In this document: positions 13,863 through 27,490 of the stretch, piece by piece
How positions within the stretch are numbered: the first letter of the stretch is position 1
Layout: every line of letters begins with the position of its first letter
Source of the DNA: Octopus bimaculoides
Taxonomy: Eukaryota
NCBI RefSeq assembly: GCF_001194135.2
Contig: NC_068998.1
Coordinates: 7,707,766-7,771,765, forward strand
DNA: 64,000 nucleotides
Reading direction: 5' to 3'
Notes under the pieces: model-generated
Told to the model about the DNA's origin: nothing
What the model saw: the letters and a program-made list of their open reading frames with translations, nothing else
The model's database searches: none
Translations under genes and position numbers: made by a program

Positions 13863-14432
13863 TCTCTCTCTTTGTCTCTCTCTCTCTCTTTGTCTCTCTC
13901 NNNNNNNNNNTGTCTCTCTCTCTCTCTTTGTCTCTCTCTCTCTCTCTCTCTCTCCCTGTGTCCATCTCCTGACTGACCATTGCAAGTAGGTTGTATGTTC
14001 AATAACTCGGTTCACTTGTTTACTCATCCCACTTTGATCTTCCAATAGACATGGAAGGACAGATGTGATTTACCGGGGTAAAGGTCAGCGGTGAGAGTGG
14101 GGGCATATATTATCCTCTTTCAAAACTTCTTTCTTTTATCTCCTATAAACTCTACGATATTTTATCGCTTTTATTTCTCCACTTCCACACATTTTTTCTC
14201 TAAATACACAGGCATATATATATATATATGTATGTAAGTGTATATAAATATATCGCATGCACATACAAGAACTGCATATAGATAGATATGCAAATAGATA
14301 GAGAGATAAATAGAGAGAGAGAGAGAGACAGCCGAAGTTGACTTTACCTTTCCTTGTTTCGAGGAAACATATCTATCTATATACAACGTGATTCTACACA
14401 GTTTCCCAGCTACCAAATTTATTATCAAGACA

Positions 14433-14515
14433 TTGGTCGACCCGAAGATGAGCCGAAGGCCTTCGCTTAGAGTGCTGCACCGTAGAAATGAACCCAAAAC
14501 CAAACAGTTGCAAGG
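14433..14515 (-). mobile_element. SINE group A, old fragment
   Basis: ttggtcgacccg...gaacccaaaacc resembles the group A 5' half. Confidence 0.4.
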
Positions 14516-14555
14516 ACAGCTTTTTAAGCAATAATAGGTAGCGTGTCATATTCCT

Positions 14556-14603
14556 CATATAGCGAGTCATGTAGCGAGTCGCGTAGAGAGTGACGTAACG
14601 AGT
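14556..14603. repeat. Degenerate 12-bp tandem repeat, 4 units
   Basis: catatagcgagt catgtagcgagt cgcgtagagagt gacgtaacgagt. Confidence 0.85.
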
Positions 14604-15009
14604 CGGATTCCGCTGCGTACATAATCGGTTTCGTATAAATTCGATATATATTTTTTTATAGATACGTGAAATCAGAGAGGAAAATCTTATATGTTTTACC
14701 ACCAAAGCCCAAGCATAAGGATAGATATTCTTATTTATTGTCTCCATTTTGTGCGCGCGCGCGTGTGTGTGTGTGTGGGGGGGGACTGACATGTTTCAAA
14801 GAAGCATTGTAAACGGTTGTGAAGTTTTGAAGAAGTACTTTTTAATGATTTAGCCTGGAACTCCTTAGCAATTTTATTGATTTGAGTCGAGATCGTTGTC
14901 ATACGTTTTGGTGATGTGATATTCAAACATTAATTCACGTTGTTGATCTCCGGTGAATCACCGAACACGCTGTCAAAGTTTCTTCGTTGGATATGTATTA
15001 TACGTGCGT

Positions 15010-15010
15010 G

Positions 15011-15085
<75 letters not shown>

Positions 15086-15166
15086 NNNNNNNNNNTTTAA
15101 ATATATTTATATATATGAATATATATATATATATATATATATATAGATAATTAGATAGATAGATAT

Positions 15167-15238
<72 letters not shown>

Positions 15239-15255
15239 GTAGATAGATAGATGAG
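15010..15255. repeat. (TCTA)n-(TA)n-(TAGA)n
   Basis: Direct reading; the tetranucleotide tracts are in opposite orientation. Confidence 0.95.
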
Positions 15256-15365
15256 AGTAAAAAAAAATGGAAAAGCAAAATATTTGACATCACTCAAGAA
15301 AATTTAATTTCGATAAAGAGTATAAACAGATAGAGTCTCTTATATCTACATACATACATGCACAC

Positions 15366-15412
<47 letters not shown>

Positions 15413-16100
15413 CATTGTACGCTATTCACATGGCGATATATTTTCCCCTCTGTCATTGTCACCCTCTCTCAGAAGTCTGTCGCATTGCTATCTGACTTTC
15501 TTTCGCTCTCTCTCTCTCTCTCTCTTACTCTCTCTCCGTCTTTTGCTCTCTCGCTTTCTCTTTCTCTTTCTTTCTCCCTTTCAACGTATTCACTCAGGCT
15601 AGAAAGCTCGTGTGGACAGGTATTTATATGCATTAATACACATACGCTGTCATAGAGATGTATGGAAGGACAAACATGCAGAACATTTCATCCTGTTTGC
15701 CAATATGAAGCAATTCACAAATGGGTTTTCTGTTAGATATTCTAGCTGAACACAAATATGATTAGATTAAAAAGAAAGATTCCCTTCATGAAATATAGAC
15801 GTGTAAAAGTTTCGTAAATTGTGAACGTAACTATAATGAATTCAAAACACACACAAGTGCAGAATACACACAGTATAATGTGCATATATGCCATATGTGT
15901 ACAGATACAAATATATACATCTATTTACCACATATACATTATATCTAATTGCCCATCACAACCATGTGGATTTTGTCAGAATAGTACCGGAGTAAATAAA
16001 GTACCGGAGCAAATATAATGACTAAAGAACTCAAAGTTATATATGCTTATAAATTGAGGATATGATCATTAAAATGATTAAACCAGAGGCCAGCACATAA

Positions 16101-16247
16101 AAGACAGTTTCCGTTTACCAAATCTACTCACAACGCCTTGGTTGGCTCGAGGCCTTAGTAAAATACACTTTGCTCAAGGTCCCATGCAGTGGGACTGAAC
16201 CCGTAGTGATGTGGTTGAGAAGCAAGCTTCTTACCACACAGCCACGC
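16101..16247 (-). mobile_element. SINE group A, 5' half
   Basis: cagtttccgtttaccaaatctactcac...cagtgggactgaacc...ttaccacacagccacgc. Confidence 0.85.
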
Positions 16248-16537
16248 ACAACACACAGATGTATCTATTAATTTATTTCCATATGTGTGTGTGTCTGTGT
16301 GTATATGTGCGTGCACGTGTGCGTGTATATGTGTATGTGTGTGTGTGTGTATTCGTTTCCATTTACGTGAACAGTTGACTGAGTAAATGAAACCGAAGTT
16401 GTAATGAAACATTCCGTGATTATCTCTCATAAATAACTCCGTATAGGATTTTACACTTGTATGACATGAAGCGTTTGCAGTACTTTCCAATTATTGTAGG
16501 AAAAAAATAAAGGAACAAATTCTCCTTATGTCTTTAT

Positions 16538-16652
16538 TTGTGGTAAGAATCTTGCTTCCCAACCACATGGTTCCCGGCTCAGTCCCATTGCGTGGCTTGC
16601 GTAGCACCTAGGGAAGTGTCTTCTACTGTAACGTCGAACCGACCGAAACCTT
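16538..16652 (+). mobile_element. SINE group A, 5' fragment
   Basis: tgtggtaagaatcttgcttcccaaccacatggttcccggctcagtccc...gggaagtgtcttctact. Confidence 0.85.
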
Positions 16653-16688
<36 letters not shown>

Positions 16689-17396
16689 AGAGAGAGATAA
16701 GAAGAGTGAGAGAGAGAGAAGGAAGCAGTATTGTTCTGAGAGAACTAAAGTAACATTAAAACGTCTGATTTCAAAGAACTTACCGTCGAAAGAGCGATGC
16801 CAAATATACAGTACCAAATTCGCTTCAGGAATACGTTGTACGTTTCTTGTATGGTTATGTATTTGATCATTCAGCACTGATTCAGGACCACGTAGCAAGC
16901 AGAGACAAGCAAGTATCTTTACTACCTCAAATCGACCATGATCATAAAGCTCCGTGTAAGCGCTATCAAGGAAATTTGTGCCACGAACTACTTTAAGTTT
17001 GTCTGTTATATAACAGTAGGTCAGCCTTGATTGAGCTATCTACCGTAGAGTAAACTTCTCAAAGTAATTGGATACAGTATATTGCAAATGAATTCGGTCT
17101 GTTTATGAAAGTATATTTAGTCTTCCGCAAAGTGATTTTGATATTAAAAACGAAATAGAAAATAACATGCGAAAGAGAAAGAAAGAAAGAAAGAAAGAAA
17201 GCGACAGCGAGAGAGGGGAAGACGAGACAAGGAGCAAAGGATGAGAGCAAGCGGCAGGCGAGTGAGAATGGAAAGAGGTGAGATGTGAAGGAAAGTGCAT
17301 GGGCATCTATATAAATATATCGTTTCAATATGTTTAATATATTTCTATTTCCTGCTACCTCTCTCTCACTCTTCTCGCCCTCCCTCTTTTCTCTCT

Positions 17397-17437
<41 letters not shown>

Positions 17438-17574
17438 ACATGTACATATCCATATATATATATGGGGGTGTGAAGGCGTGTGTATGTGCATATGTGCTTT
17501 TCTGCATGTGTCTTATAAACAAAGTACACACACACACACAACACACACAAACACACACACATATATATATAGTT

Positions 17575-17710
17575 GGACAGACAGACATACAGACAGGCAG
17601 ACAGACAGACAGACAGGCAGACAGACATACAGGCAGACAGACAGACAGGCAGGCAGACAGACAGACAGACAGGCAGACAGACAGACAGACAGGCAGACAG
17701 ACAGAGAGAC
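17575..17710. repeat. (CAGA/CAGG)n tetranucleotide repeat
   Basis: Direct reading. Confidence 0.95.
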
Positions 17711-17781
17711 AGAAACATAGATTGACAGATTGATATATGCATATACAAGCTAGCATGCAAATGCCTGTCCATACACACTTG

Positions 17782-17823
<42 letters not shown>

Positions 17824-17867
17824 AAAATACAAAATAGGACAAGAACACAAAACATCCAGACAGTTAG

Positions 17868-18229
17868 TTGTTTCAGTCATTTGACTGTGGCCATGCTGGA
17901 GCACCGCCTTTAGTCGATCAAATCGACACCAGGACTTATTCTTTGTAAGCATAGTACTTATTCTATCAGTCTCTTACGTCGAACCGCTAAATTACGGGGA
18001 CATAAACACACCAGCATCGGTTGTCAATCGATGGTGTCTTAAAAAGACACACACACGCATATATATACGACGGGCTTCTCTCAGTTTCCACCTACCAAAT
18101 CCACTCACAAGGCTTTGGTCAGCCCAAAGCGATAGTAGAAGACACTTGCCCAAGGTTCTACGCAGAGGGACTGAACCCGGTGCCGTCTGGTTGGTAAGTA
18201 AGCTACTTACTACAGAGCCACTCCTGCGC
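17868..18229 (-). mobile_element. SINE group A, full-length young copy
   Basis: Complete head, core, internal short TA/CA tract and 3' module. Confidence 0.95.
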
Positions 18230-18271
18230 TTATTTATCTTTATATTCTACATATTTATTTTTTATATTGTA

Positions 18272-18646
18272 TTTCATTCACTCATTGGACTGCGGCCATA
18301 GTGGGGCACCGCCTAGAATGTTTACTCAAACAAATCAACCCTATTATTTATGTTTTAAGTTGGGTACTTAATTTATCGGTCTCTTTTGCAACTCGCTAAT
18401 TTACGGGGATATAAACAAACCAATACCATGTGTCAAGAGGTGATAGGGAACAAACAGAAACATAAAGATTCCACCCCTATATATATAAGAAGATTTTTCT
18501 CAGTTTACGTCAGCCAAATCCACTCACGAACCTTTGGCAGGCGCAGGCTATGGTTGAACGAAATTAGCTATGGTAACGTGCAGTGGAACTGAAAGGAAGG
18601 TCACACACATAGGAAGCAAGCTTCTTAAACACACAACCACGCCTCC
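18272..18646 (-). mobile_element. SINE group A, full-length old copy in tandem with 17868-18229
   Basis: Colinear with the neighbouring copy but heavily diverged. Confidence 0.8.
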
Positions 18647-19640
18647 ATACTTATATTGAATGGTTTTTCATACAAAAAATCTCTCCAGCTCTTTGCTCTA
18701 TTATTCTTTCCAAGAAATAACTCAGAAAACATAAATTCTAAAAGGCATATGCTGCTCAGAAGGCAGGTATTAGAATCATTACAATTACACATAGAAACAT
18801 TATGGCAGTTCGGTCAGGTTAGTTTTCTACTATTTATACTAGGGATGGTTTTGGTGCAATTGTAGCTCGCGTTAATGATATTTCTATTAAATATCTTATA
18901 ACATTTATAGTCTCTGTTGTAATGCTTATCTCTAAGGCTTGGAAATATCTTGAGAATATTAAATTTATAAAGGGGATTATATAATATATCTCGCATCGTG
19001 TTTATGCGGTGCTTTGTGTACATTCAACAACAGTCATAAAATGCTCCATTGCAAAAGAAAAAGCACGAAATATACAAATCATTCGTGAGTTTTGAGGATT
19101 TTTTTCTGTATATATAAACACAAACAAACATCGTTTCGTACTTTACCTTAGACTTTGATGATCACTTTTGTAGACAAAGATACAAAGGAGAAAGTCAAGT
19201 TAAAGCTCTCAAAAACTTTCCGTTAATGGCCTCCATGGAACTACAAATTTCATAAACTGTACGAGAATCATTTAAAAAGAACTGCGTGTAAATATGTATG
19301 CATGCATCTCTCCCAGTATATATATANNNNNNNNNNNNNNNNNNNNNNNNNNNNNNNNNNNNNNNNNNNNNNNNNNNNNNNNNNNNNNNNNNNNNNNNNN
19401 NNNNNNNNNNNNNNNNNNNNNNNNNNNNNNNNNNNNNNNNNNNNNNNNNNNNNNNNNNNNNNNNNNNNNNNNNNNNNNNNNNNNNNNNNNNNNNNNNNNN
19501 NNNNNNNNNNNNNNNNNNNNNNNNNNNNNNNNNNNNNNNNNNNNNNNNNNNNNNNNNNNNNNNNNNNNNNNNNNNNNNNNNNNNNNNNNNNNNNNNNNNN
19601 NNNNNNNNNNNNNNNNNNNNNNNNNNNNNNNNNNNNNNNN

Positions 19641-19678
<38 letters not shown>

Positions 19679-20023
19679 TCAGGCACACGCACATATATTT
19701 TGTCTTAACCTCTTGTTCTTCGTCCTACAGAGAGAAAGAGGCAAAGAGAGAGTGGGAGGAAGAGGTGGATAGAGAAAAAGACCTTGCAACTATTTATCAA
19801 TAGTTACAAGTAGTTGTAAGCTGAATTCTCTCTTTCAGAAACTCTTCAGACAATCAAGATAAGCTAGCCACAAAGACGGAGAGCAAGACGAGATCTTTTA
19901 TTTTTGCTCTGGAGTACAAAGCTACAGACATTTTCCTACTTAGCAGATCCACTTATACGGTGAACAGTGAATCACTGAATAAAATTGTATGCTTTAATAG
20001 AATTACATAGATGAACATACGTC

Positions 20024-20083
<60 letters not shown>

Positions 20084-20625
20084 ATATATATACATATAAC
20101 AGCAAAAATTCTAGTTCAAAAATGTCTGTACGTGATCAACGTAGTAGTTGTAGTGACAAGTAATATTCGTAACCAGCTAGAGGAGATGTCCTATTGGGGC
20201 AAAAAAAAATCGCAGTAGAGTCTGCTCTAACGGACAGCGATGTTAAGGTGGCTACGCATATTACCTACNNNNNNNNNNNNNNNNNNNNNNNNNNNNNNNN
20301 NNNNNNNNNNNNNNNNNNNNNNNNNNNNNNNNNNNNNNNNNNNNNNNNNNNNNNNNNNNNNNNNNNNNNNNNNNNNNNNNNNNNNNNNNNNNNNNNNNNN
20401 NNNNNNNNNNNNNNNNNNNNNNNNNNNNNNNNNNNNNNNNNNNNNNNNNNNNNNNNNNNNNNNNNNNNNNNNNNNNNNNNNNNNNNNNNNNNNNNNNNNN
20501 NNNNNNNNNNNNNNNNNNNNNNNNNNNNNNNNNNNNNNNNNNNNNNNNNNNNNNNNNNNNNNNNNNNNNNNNNNNNNNNNNNNNNNNNNNNNNNNNNNNN
20601 NNNNNNNNNNNNNNNNNNNNNNNNN

Positions 20626-20686
<61 letters not shown>

Positions 20687-21206
20687 ATTTATATATATAA
20701 TTTAGAGAAAAGAACCAAAGTTCATGAACTCATCTATGAAAATCCAGTCTCATATAGAAAAAAATTTATAAGTAAAAACACTAAAGAGAACTATACTTAG
20801 TATTTTATTATTTTAATGTTTATTATTTTAATTTTTTTGATTCAAATTCGTCAGTATTCTTGAGTTTTAAACGTGATGCTAGTCCTCAACTATTCTGAAT
20901 TTGAATTCAAGAACAGATACATATTATTTTGTTTCTAATGTGTTGGTTGTTGCTCGAATAACAATGTTTAGTCATATCATTTTTATCAAAGTTTTCATTA
21001 GTCTGATCATTAGTATTTAAGCAGAAACATATGTCAGAAAATAATTTATTTATATGAATAAATAAATAATGGATTAATATATCTGTTTCCATTGTCAACC
21101 TTATTACATTTTCCGGGATCTACTACATTATATATATATATATATGTGTGTGTGTGTGAGAGAGATGTGTGTATGGATATAAGAATGTATGTGATGTGAT
21201 TCCATA

Positions 21207-21332
21207 CAGTTTCCATCAATCAAATTCACTCATAAGCCATTGGTGTGTCTGGACTTAATGTAGAAGTCATATGCACGATGCGATATGTAGTTGTAAAGCC
21301 AGTTTCTTAACCACCCAGCTATGCTCGCGCCT
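21207..21332 (-). mobile_element. SINE group A, old 5' fragment
   Basis: cagtttccatcaatcaaattcactcataag...cttaaccacccagctatgctcgcgcct. Confidence 0.6.
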
Positions 21333-22404
21333 GTTGGATATTATCGGCTGCAATGTATTTATACGAGCATGCCTGCGTCTCTGTTTGTATGTACCTGGTG
21401 TTTGAGCGCGTGCGTGTGTGTGTGTGTACGTGTGTGTGTATGTGTTTGAAAGAAAAACCTGTACATTTAAGTGTTGTGTGTGTATGCATTTGTGTTTGCT
21501 AGTGTAAGTTGGCTGAAGAAATGTGTTTGTAATTTTTAAAAACCCTGGACGCCGTTGTCCAGCTACCCAAACGCAGACAATTTACGTTTATGCTAATTTT
21601 CAAATGGAGAACGACATGCCGTGTAACAAATTTGAAGTATTTCTTCGAAACTGCACAAACTATATTAGTTTTAAAAATTACACATTCGTCTCGTTCTCTT
21701 TTCCCCAAATATTTTCGTTCCATCTACAAGTTAATATAAAAGTTTTCCAGTAAATTATATACATAATTGAGAAATGCATCCTCCTTGTTAAGAAATAAAT
21801 TAGGTTTCAGCATAGATAAGACTTGCTTTTCAGATTGATCTAGTGAAATGATTTCCGAATTAACAATGACATATAATGCAACTGCAAGGAAATAAGATGG
21901 AAGTGGGTGATGGCATTTATTTCAAATTAGATTCCAATTTCCATCACTCTTAGAATTTCTAAATCATAGATTTCAGGCAATAACTCAGACAAATTACAAT
22001 GTTAGCTTGCTGATTCCATCGTAATTCCTTTCAATGAAAGACCAAAAGAAGGATTTTAACATATTGTCAATGGTTGTATCATAAGTTGTCAAAATGTTGT
22101 TTGATAAACAAATTTTTGTGCTTTATTGAAAACAAAAGCAAGAAACGCATTTTATTTTGTCATTAATAAAAAAAAAAAAACTGAGCACAGCTGTGGGTGT
22201 TTGCTTAGTTATTTCTTATAAGCCTTTCAATGTACAATGAGATCTGCCCACACACGCATGCGTACGCGAACGCACACGTTCGTAAATACACTCACATATA
22301 TCGACAGAGACAGAGAGAGAGAGAGAGAGAGTCAGACAGAAGGATAACGACAAAGAAAGAAACATGTGCCTATGCGTGTATGTATGTGTACCTATACATT
22401 CACG

Positions 22405-22436
<32 letters not shown>

Positions 22437-22439
22437 GAA

Positions 22440-22740
22440 CATCCCATCGGTTACGACGACAAGGGTCCCAGCTAATACGATCAACGGAAAAACTTGCTCG
22501 TGAAATTAACGTGCAAGTGGCTGAGTACTCCACAGACACGCGTGCCTCTAACGTAAATCACAGAGAGATTCAGCGTGACACAGAGTGTGACAAGGCTGGC
22601 CCTTTGAAATACAAGTGCTACTCATGTTTTACAAGCTGATTGGACTGGAGCAACGTGAAATAAAGTGTCTTGCTCAAGGACAAAACGCGACGCCGGGAAT
22701 TGAAATCACGAACTTAGGATCGTGAGCCGAATGTCCTAAC
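22440..22740 (-). mobile_element. tRNA-derived CORE-type SINE, group B, head clipped
   Basis: Reverse complement: gttaggacattcggctcacgatcc...aattcccggcg...gtccttgagcaagacactttatttcacgttgctccag plus the shared tail. Confidence 0.9.
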
Positions 22741-22970
22741 TGAGTTGGCAGAATCGTTAGCACGCCGGGCGAAATGCTTAGCGGTATTTCATATGTCGTT
22801 ACGTTCTGAGTTCAAATTCCGCCGAGGTCCACTTTGCCTTTCATCCTTTTGGCATCGATTAAATAACCAATGGGGTCGATGTAATCGACTTAATCTCTTC
22901 GTCTGTCCTTGTTTGTCCCCTCTATGTTTAACCCTCCCCACCGTGGGCAATAAAGAAATAAAGAAAAAAT
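22741..22970 (+). mobile_element. SINE group M, fused head-to-head with a group B SINE
   Basis: gagttggcagaatcgttagcacgccgggcgaaatgcttagcgg...gagttcaaattccgccgagg...gcaataaagaaata. Confidence 0.92.
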
Positions 22971-23124
22971 ATTAATCAACTTTGTCTTCTTCTTCCTCTC
23001 TTCTTTTTTCACTTCTCATCTTTCTCTCTCTCTTTCTCTCTTTCCAACTCTTACTCCTCCTTTCACTTCACCCCCACCTCTCTGACTAACTGACGTATAA
23101 CGGACGAACGAACAAGCAGATTGT

Positions 23125-23645
<521 letters not shown>

Positions 23646-24604
23646 AAAGAAAAAAATAATCGAATTTCGAAACTTAGTTTAGTGGAAAATATTTTAATGT
23701 GCTAACTGGATATTACATCAGGTTATCATATGCAAATATTTGATGCAATTAATATAGTTTTCCCCCTTCATTTTGGGGGTTTCTTTTATTTTAATATGTT
23801 TTTCAAACATATAACACTTGAACAAATATTGGATTTTGGTCATCATTCAATTTAAATTGTCTTCTGGAAGAAACATTATTGAATGCGTTGTACGTATGGA
23901 AGCATTTTATGTGTGTGTACGAGTGTATATCTGTGTGTGTGTGTGTGTATATATATATATGAATATATATATATATATATANNNNNNNNNNNNNNNNNNN
24001 NNNNNNNNNNNNNNNNNNNNNNNNNNNNNNNNNNNNNNNNNNNNNNNNNNNNNNNNNNNNNNNNNNNNNNNNNNNNNNNNNNNNNNNNNNNNNNNNNNNN
24101 NNNNNNNNNNNNNNNNNNNNNNNNNNNNNNNNNNNNNNNNNNNNNNNNNNNNNNNNNNNNNNNNNNNNNNNNNNNNNNNNNNNNNNNNNNNNNNNNNNNN
24201 NNNNNNNNNNNNNNNNNNNNNNNNNNNNNNNNNNNNNNNNNNNNNNNNNNNNNNNNNNNNNNNNNNNNNNNNNNNNNNNNNNNNNNNNNNNNNNNNNNNN
24301 NNNNNNNNNNNNNNNNNNNNNNNNNNNNNNNNNNNNNNNNNNNNNNNNNNNNNNNNNNNNNNNNNNNNNNNNNNNNNNNNNNNNNNNNNNNNNNNNNNNN
24401 NNNNNNNNNNNNNNNNNNNNNNNNNNNNNNNNNNNNNNNNNNNNNNNNNNNNNNNNNNNNNNNNNNNNNNNNNNNNNNNNNNNNNNNNNNNNNNNNNNNN
24501 NNNNNNNNNNNNNNNNNNNNNNNNNNNNNNNNNNNNNNNNNNNNNNNNNNNNNNNNNNNNNNNNNNNNNNNNNNNNNNNNNNNNNNNNNNNNNNNNNNNN
24601 NNNN

Positions 24605-24639
<35 letters not shown>

Positions 24640-25270
24640 TATATACGTATATATGCGTCTGTGTATGTATGCGTGTATACGTATATGTATATACACCTAG
24701 GTGTGTGTATGTGGGTATTCATAGTCATAAATACAGCAGCCTTAGAATTATAGGTTTCTACCAGTGTATGCGTACGTATATATACGTATGTTCCGTGTAT
24801 ATTGGACTCTTCAAAGGATTTGGCTAAATGAAAAGTAGAGAAATGTTTCTAAAATCGCAAGATAGAGATAGAAATGGTAACGCTGTGGCAAAGAGAGAGG
24901 AGGATAGATAGAAAGAAAGAGGCAGATGGAAAAATGGAGGTGTTTGCATCTGAGAGATTAAAGACCGGAAGAAAGACAGAGGGGGGAAATATTTTGGAGG
25001 GGTTGTGAGTTGGGGGTGGACGTAAAATAGAAAAGCGAGAAGGCCAAAGCTCTCACCTCTACTGCACATCAAAGGAAAAATAGTCTGCAATTAGCATTTG
25101 GAGTATTGTAGCTGTATTTGATTGTGGTATTCGTGTCGCTATGATGGGTGTGTATATGTATGTATGTGTGTATGTATGTATGTATATTCTGTTTTGAAGT
25201 GTGGTGTGTCCGTGTGTTAGAGTATGAATGTTTGCTGAGGTGTGTGCTGTGCGCAGGTATTTGTGCGTGT

Positions 25271-25321
<51 letters not shown>

Positions 25322-25894
25322 TTTGTGTGTCTGTGTGTTTGTGTGCTCGTGGTAAGATGTGGATGGAAGAGAAATAAGATATATAAAATATATATATACA
25401 CACACATATATATACATGTATATATATATATATATGTATNNNNNNNNNNNNNNNNNNNNNNNNNNNNNNNNNNNNNNNNNNNNNNNNNNNNNNNNNNNNN
25501 NNNNNNNNNNNNNNNNNNNNNNNNNNNNNNNNNNNNNNNNNNNNNNNNNNNNNNNNNNNNNNNNNNNNNNNNNNNNNNNNNNNNNNNNNNNNNNNNNNNN
25601 NNNNNNNNNNNNNNNNNNNNNNNNNNNNNNNNNNNNNNNNNNNNNNNNNNNNNNNNNNNNNNNNNNNNNNNNNNNNNNNNNNNNNNNNNNNNNNNNNNNN
25701 NNNNNNCATAAAGAAATATTGACACAATATCGAAATATGAAATATCTCTGGCAAACAGAAGATTCTCTCTGATCTAGCAACAGAAATAGTCGTTTGTTTT
25801 TTTATTCTTTTATTCTTTTATATGCTGCAGCCTTTCTCTCTTTTTTGTGTGTTTTTTTCTTGGTAGTGATTAGTTCTATGAGCAATATGTGATA

Positions 25895-26416
25895 ACGATG
25901 TTGATGATGATGATGAGGATGATGATGATGATGTTGGTGATGGTGATGATGATGATGATGATGAGGTGATGATGATGATGTTGATAATGATGATGACGAT
26001 GATAATGGCAACGATCATGATGACGGCGACGACGACGACGAAAATGACGATGGCGATGATGATGATAGTGAAGATATGTTGATGTTGATGATTCTGATAA
26101 CTGTGTTGATGATGATCACTATGATAATGATGATGGTGATAATGAAGATGATTATTCGGGGAAAAACAGTAGGAGGAGGAAAAGCAACTGATTGGCGTTT
26201 GGTGGTGTTGGTCTTGTTTTAGTGGTGTTGATGGTGGTAATAGCGATAGTAATAATGGTGATGTTGATGATAATGATGATGATGACGATGATGATGATGA
26301 TGATGATGACAATGACGATGACGATGACGATGATGATGATGATGATGATGATGACGATGATTATGATGTTGATGGTGATGATGATGTTGATGTTGATGAT
26401 GATGATGATGATGAGT
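25895..26416. repeat. (GAT/GAC/GGT)n degenerate trinucleotide array
   Basis: Direct reading. Confidence 0.95.
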
Positions 26417-26540
26417 TGAAATACCGCCGAGGTCGACTTTGCCTTTTATCCTTTCGGGGTCGATAAATTAAGTATCAGTTGCGTACTGGGGCCGATCTAA
26501 TCGACTGGCCCCCTCCCACAAAATTTCGGGCCCTTCTGCC
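26417..26540 (+). mobile_element. SINE group M, 5'-truncated
   Basis: ccgccgaggtcgactttgccttttatcctttcggggtcgataaattaag...ggccccctccc. Confidence 0.88.
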
Positions 26541-27327
26541 AGCTCGCCGACCGCCTTAGTGAAACTTAAATATTACAGTATTTGTTAATGGTGATCAGAA
26601 ATATCTTTGGCTGTATCCCTGAATCATATAAAAATGCTTACGGATACTTTTCCCAGACATTCATCCTTCACGTCAAGATTTTGATAAGTTGAAAATCAAA
26701 AATTTTAACTTTCGAAACTAAAGGTCTTACAGAAAATTCTATCTTTTAGCGAGATTACGAAAACATCGGTGTTCAGCTCTCAGCAGAAACGTATCTTCTC
26801 ACTGCCAAAAGCTATGTGTCTTTAGACAAGTGTTTAACAAGATAATTTTAAACCTTCAACTTACAATCTCAGAGCTTATTCTTCCTGCACCGCAAGCTAT
26901 GTCCTACATTTATCGAAACATCTTTCATTTCTCATATTTCGACAATTACATTATTCCTTAATACACATGTATAACATGCATATAACAGATTATACATTAC
27001 GTTTACAAAAATCTATGGCTTTACTTGTTATTATAAATAAACTTATTTCTATATATCATTTAACATTAACATGTGTTTTGTAGTTATGGTTTGGATGTTG
27101 TGGTTATTTGTTGCTATTGTAGGAGGGGTGGTTGTAGTCCTGGTAGTGATTGCATTAACTGTAATGGTTGTTGGTGTTGTGATTCTGTTCAGATTATATT
27201 TGGTGCGATGGTTGTCGTAGCTGTGGTTGTAGTTAAGCCATTACAAATTATGAACCTATGAGTGCTGTGGGTACCAAGACAGCGGATATATGTGTGAGTG
27301 TCCCCCCGAATGTTTGTTTGTGTGTGT

Positions 27328-27362
<35 letters not shown>

Positions 27363-27449
27363 TGCATGTGTATGTGGTGTGTGTATTTGTATATGCACGC
27401 ACACACATATACATACATACTATTTTGTCACCTGTAATATCATCGGAAC

Positions 27450-27490
<41 letters not shown>

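Noticed and set aside
14049-15619. Plus-strand micro-exon candidates 14049-14090 (HGRTDVIYRGKGQR) and 15598-15619
   Set aside because: Plausible splice sites, but too short to distinguish from chance without transcripts.
19170-20010. Acceptor-led frames at about 19172 (KDTKEKVKLKLSKTFR*) and 19839 (NSSDNQDKLATKTESK...)
   Set aside because: No strong donor and no homology.
26760-26960. Possible RTE ORF2 remnant on the minus strand (GSE-like motif)
   Set aside because: Only one partial motif; too degraded to support.
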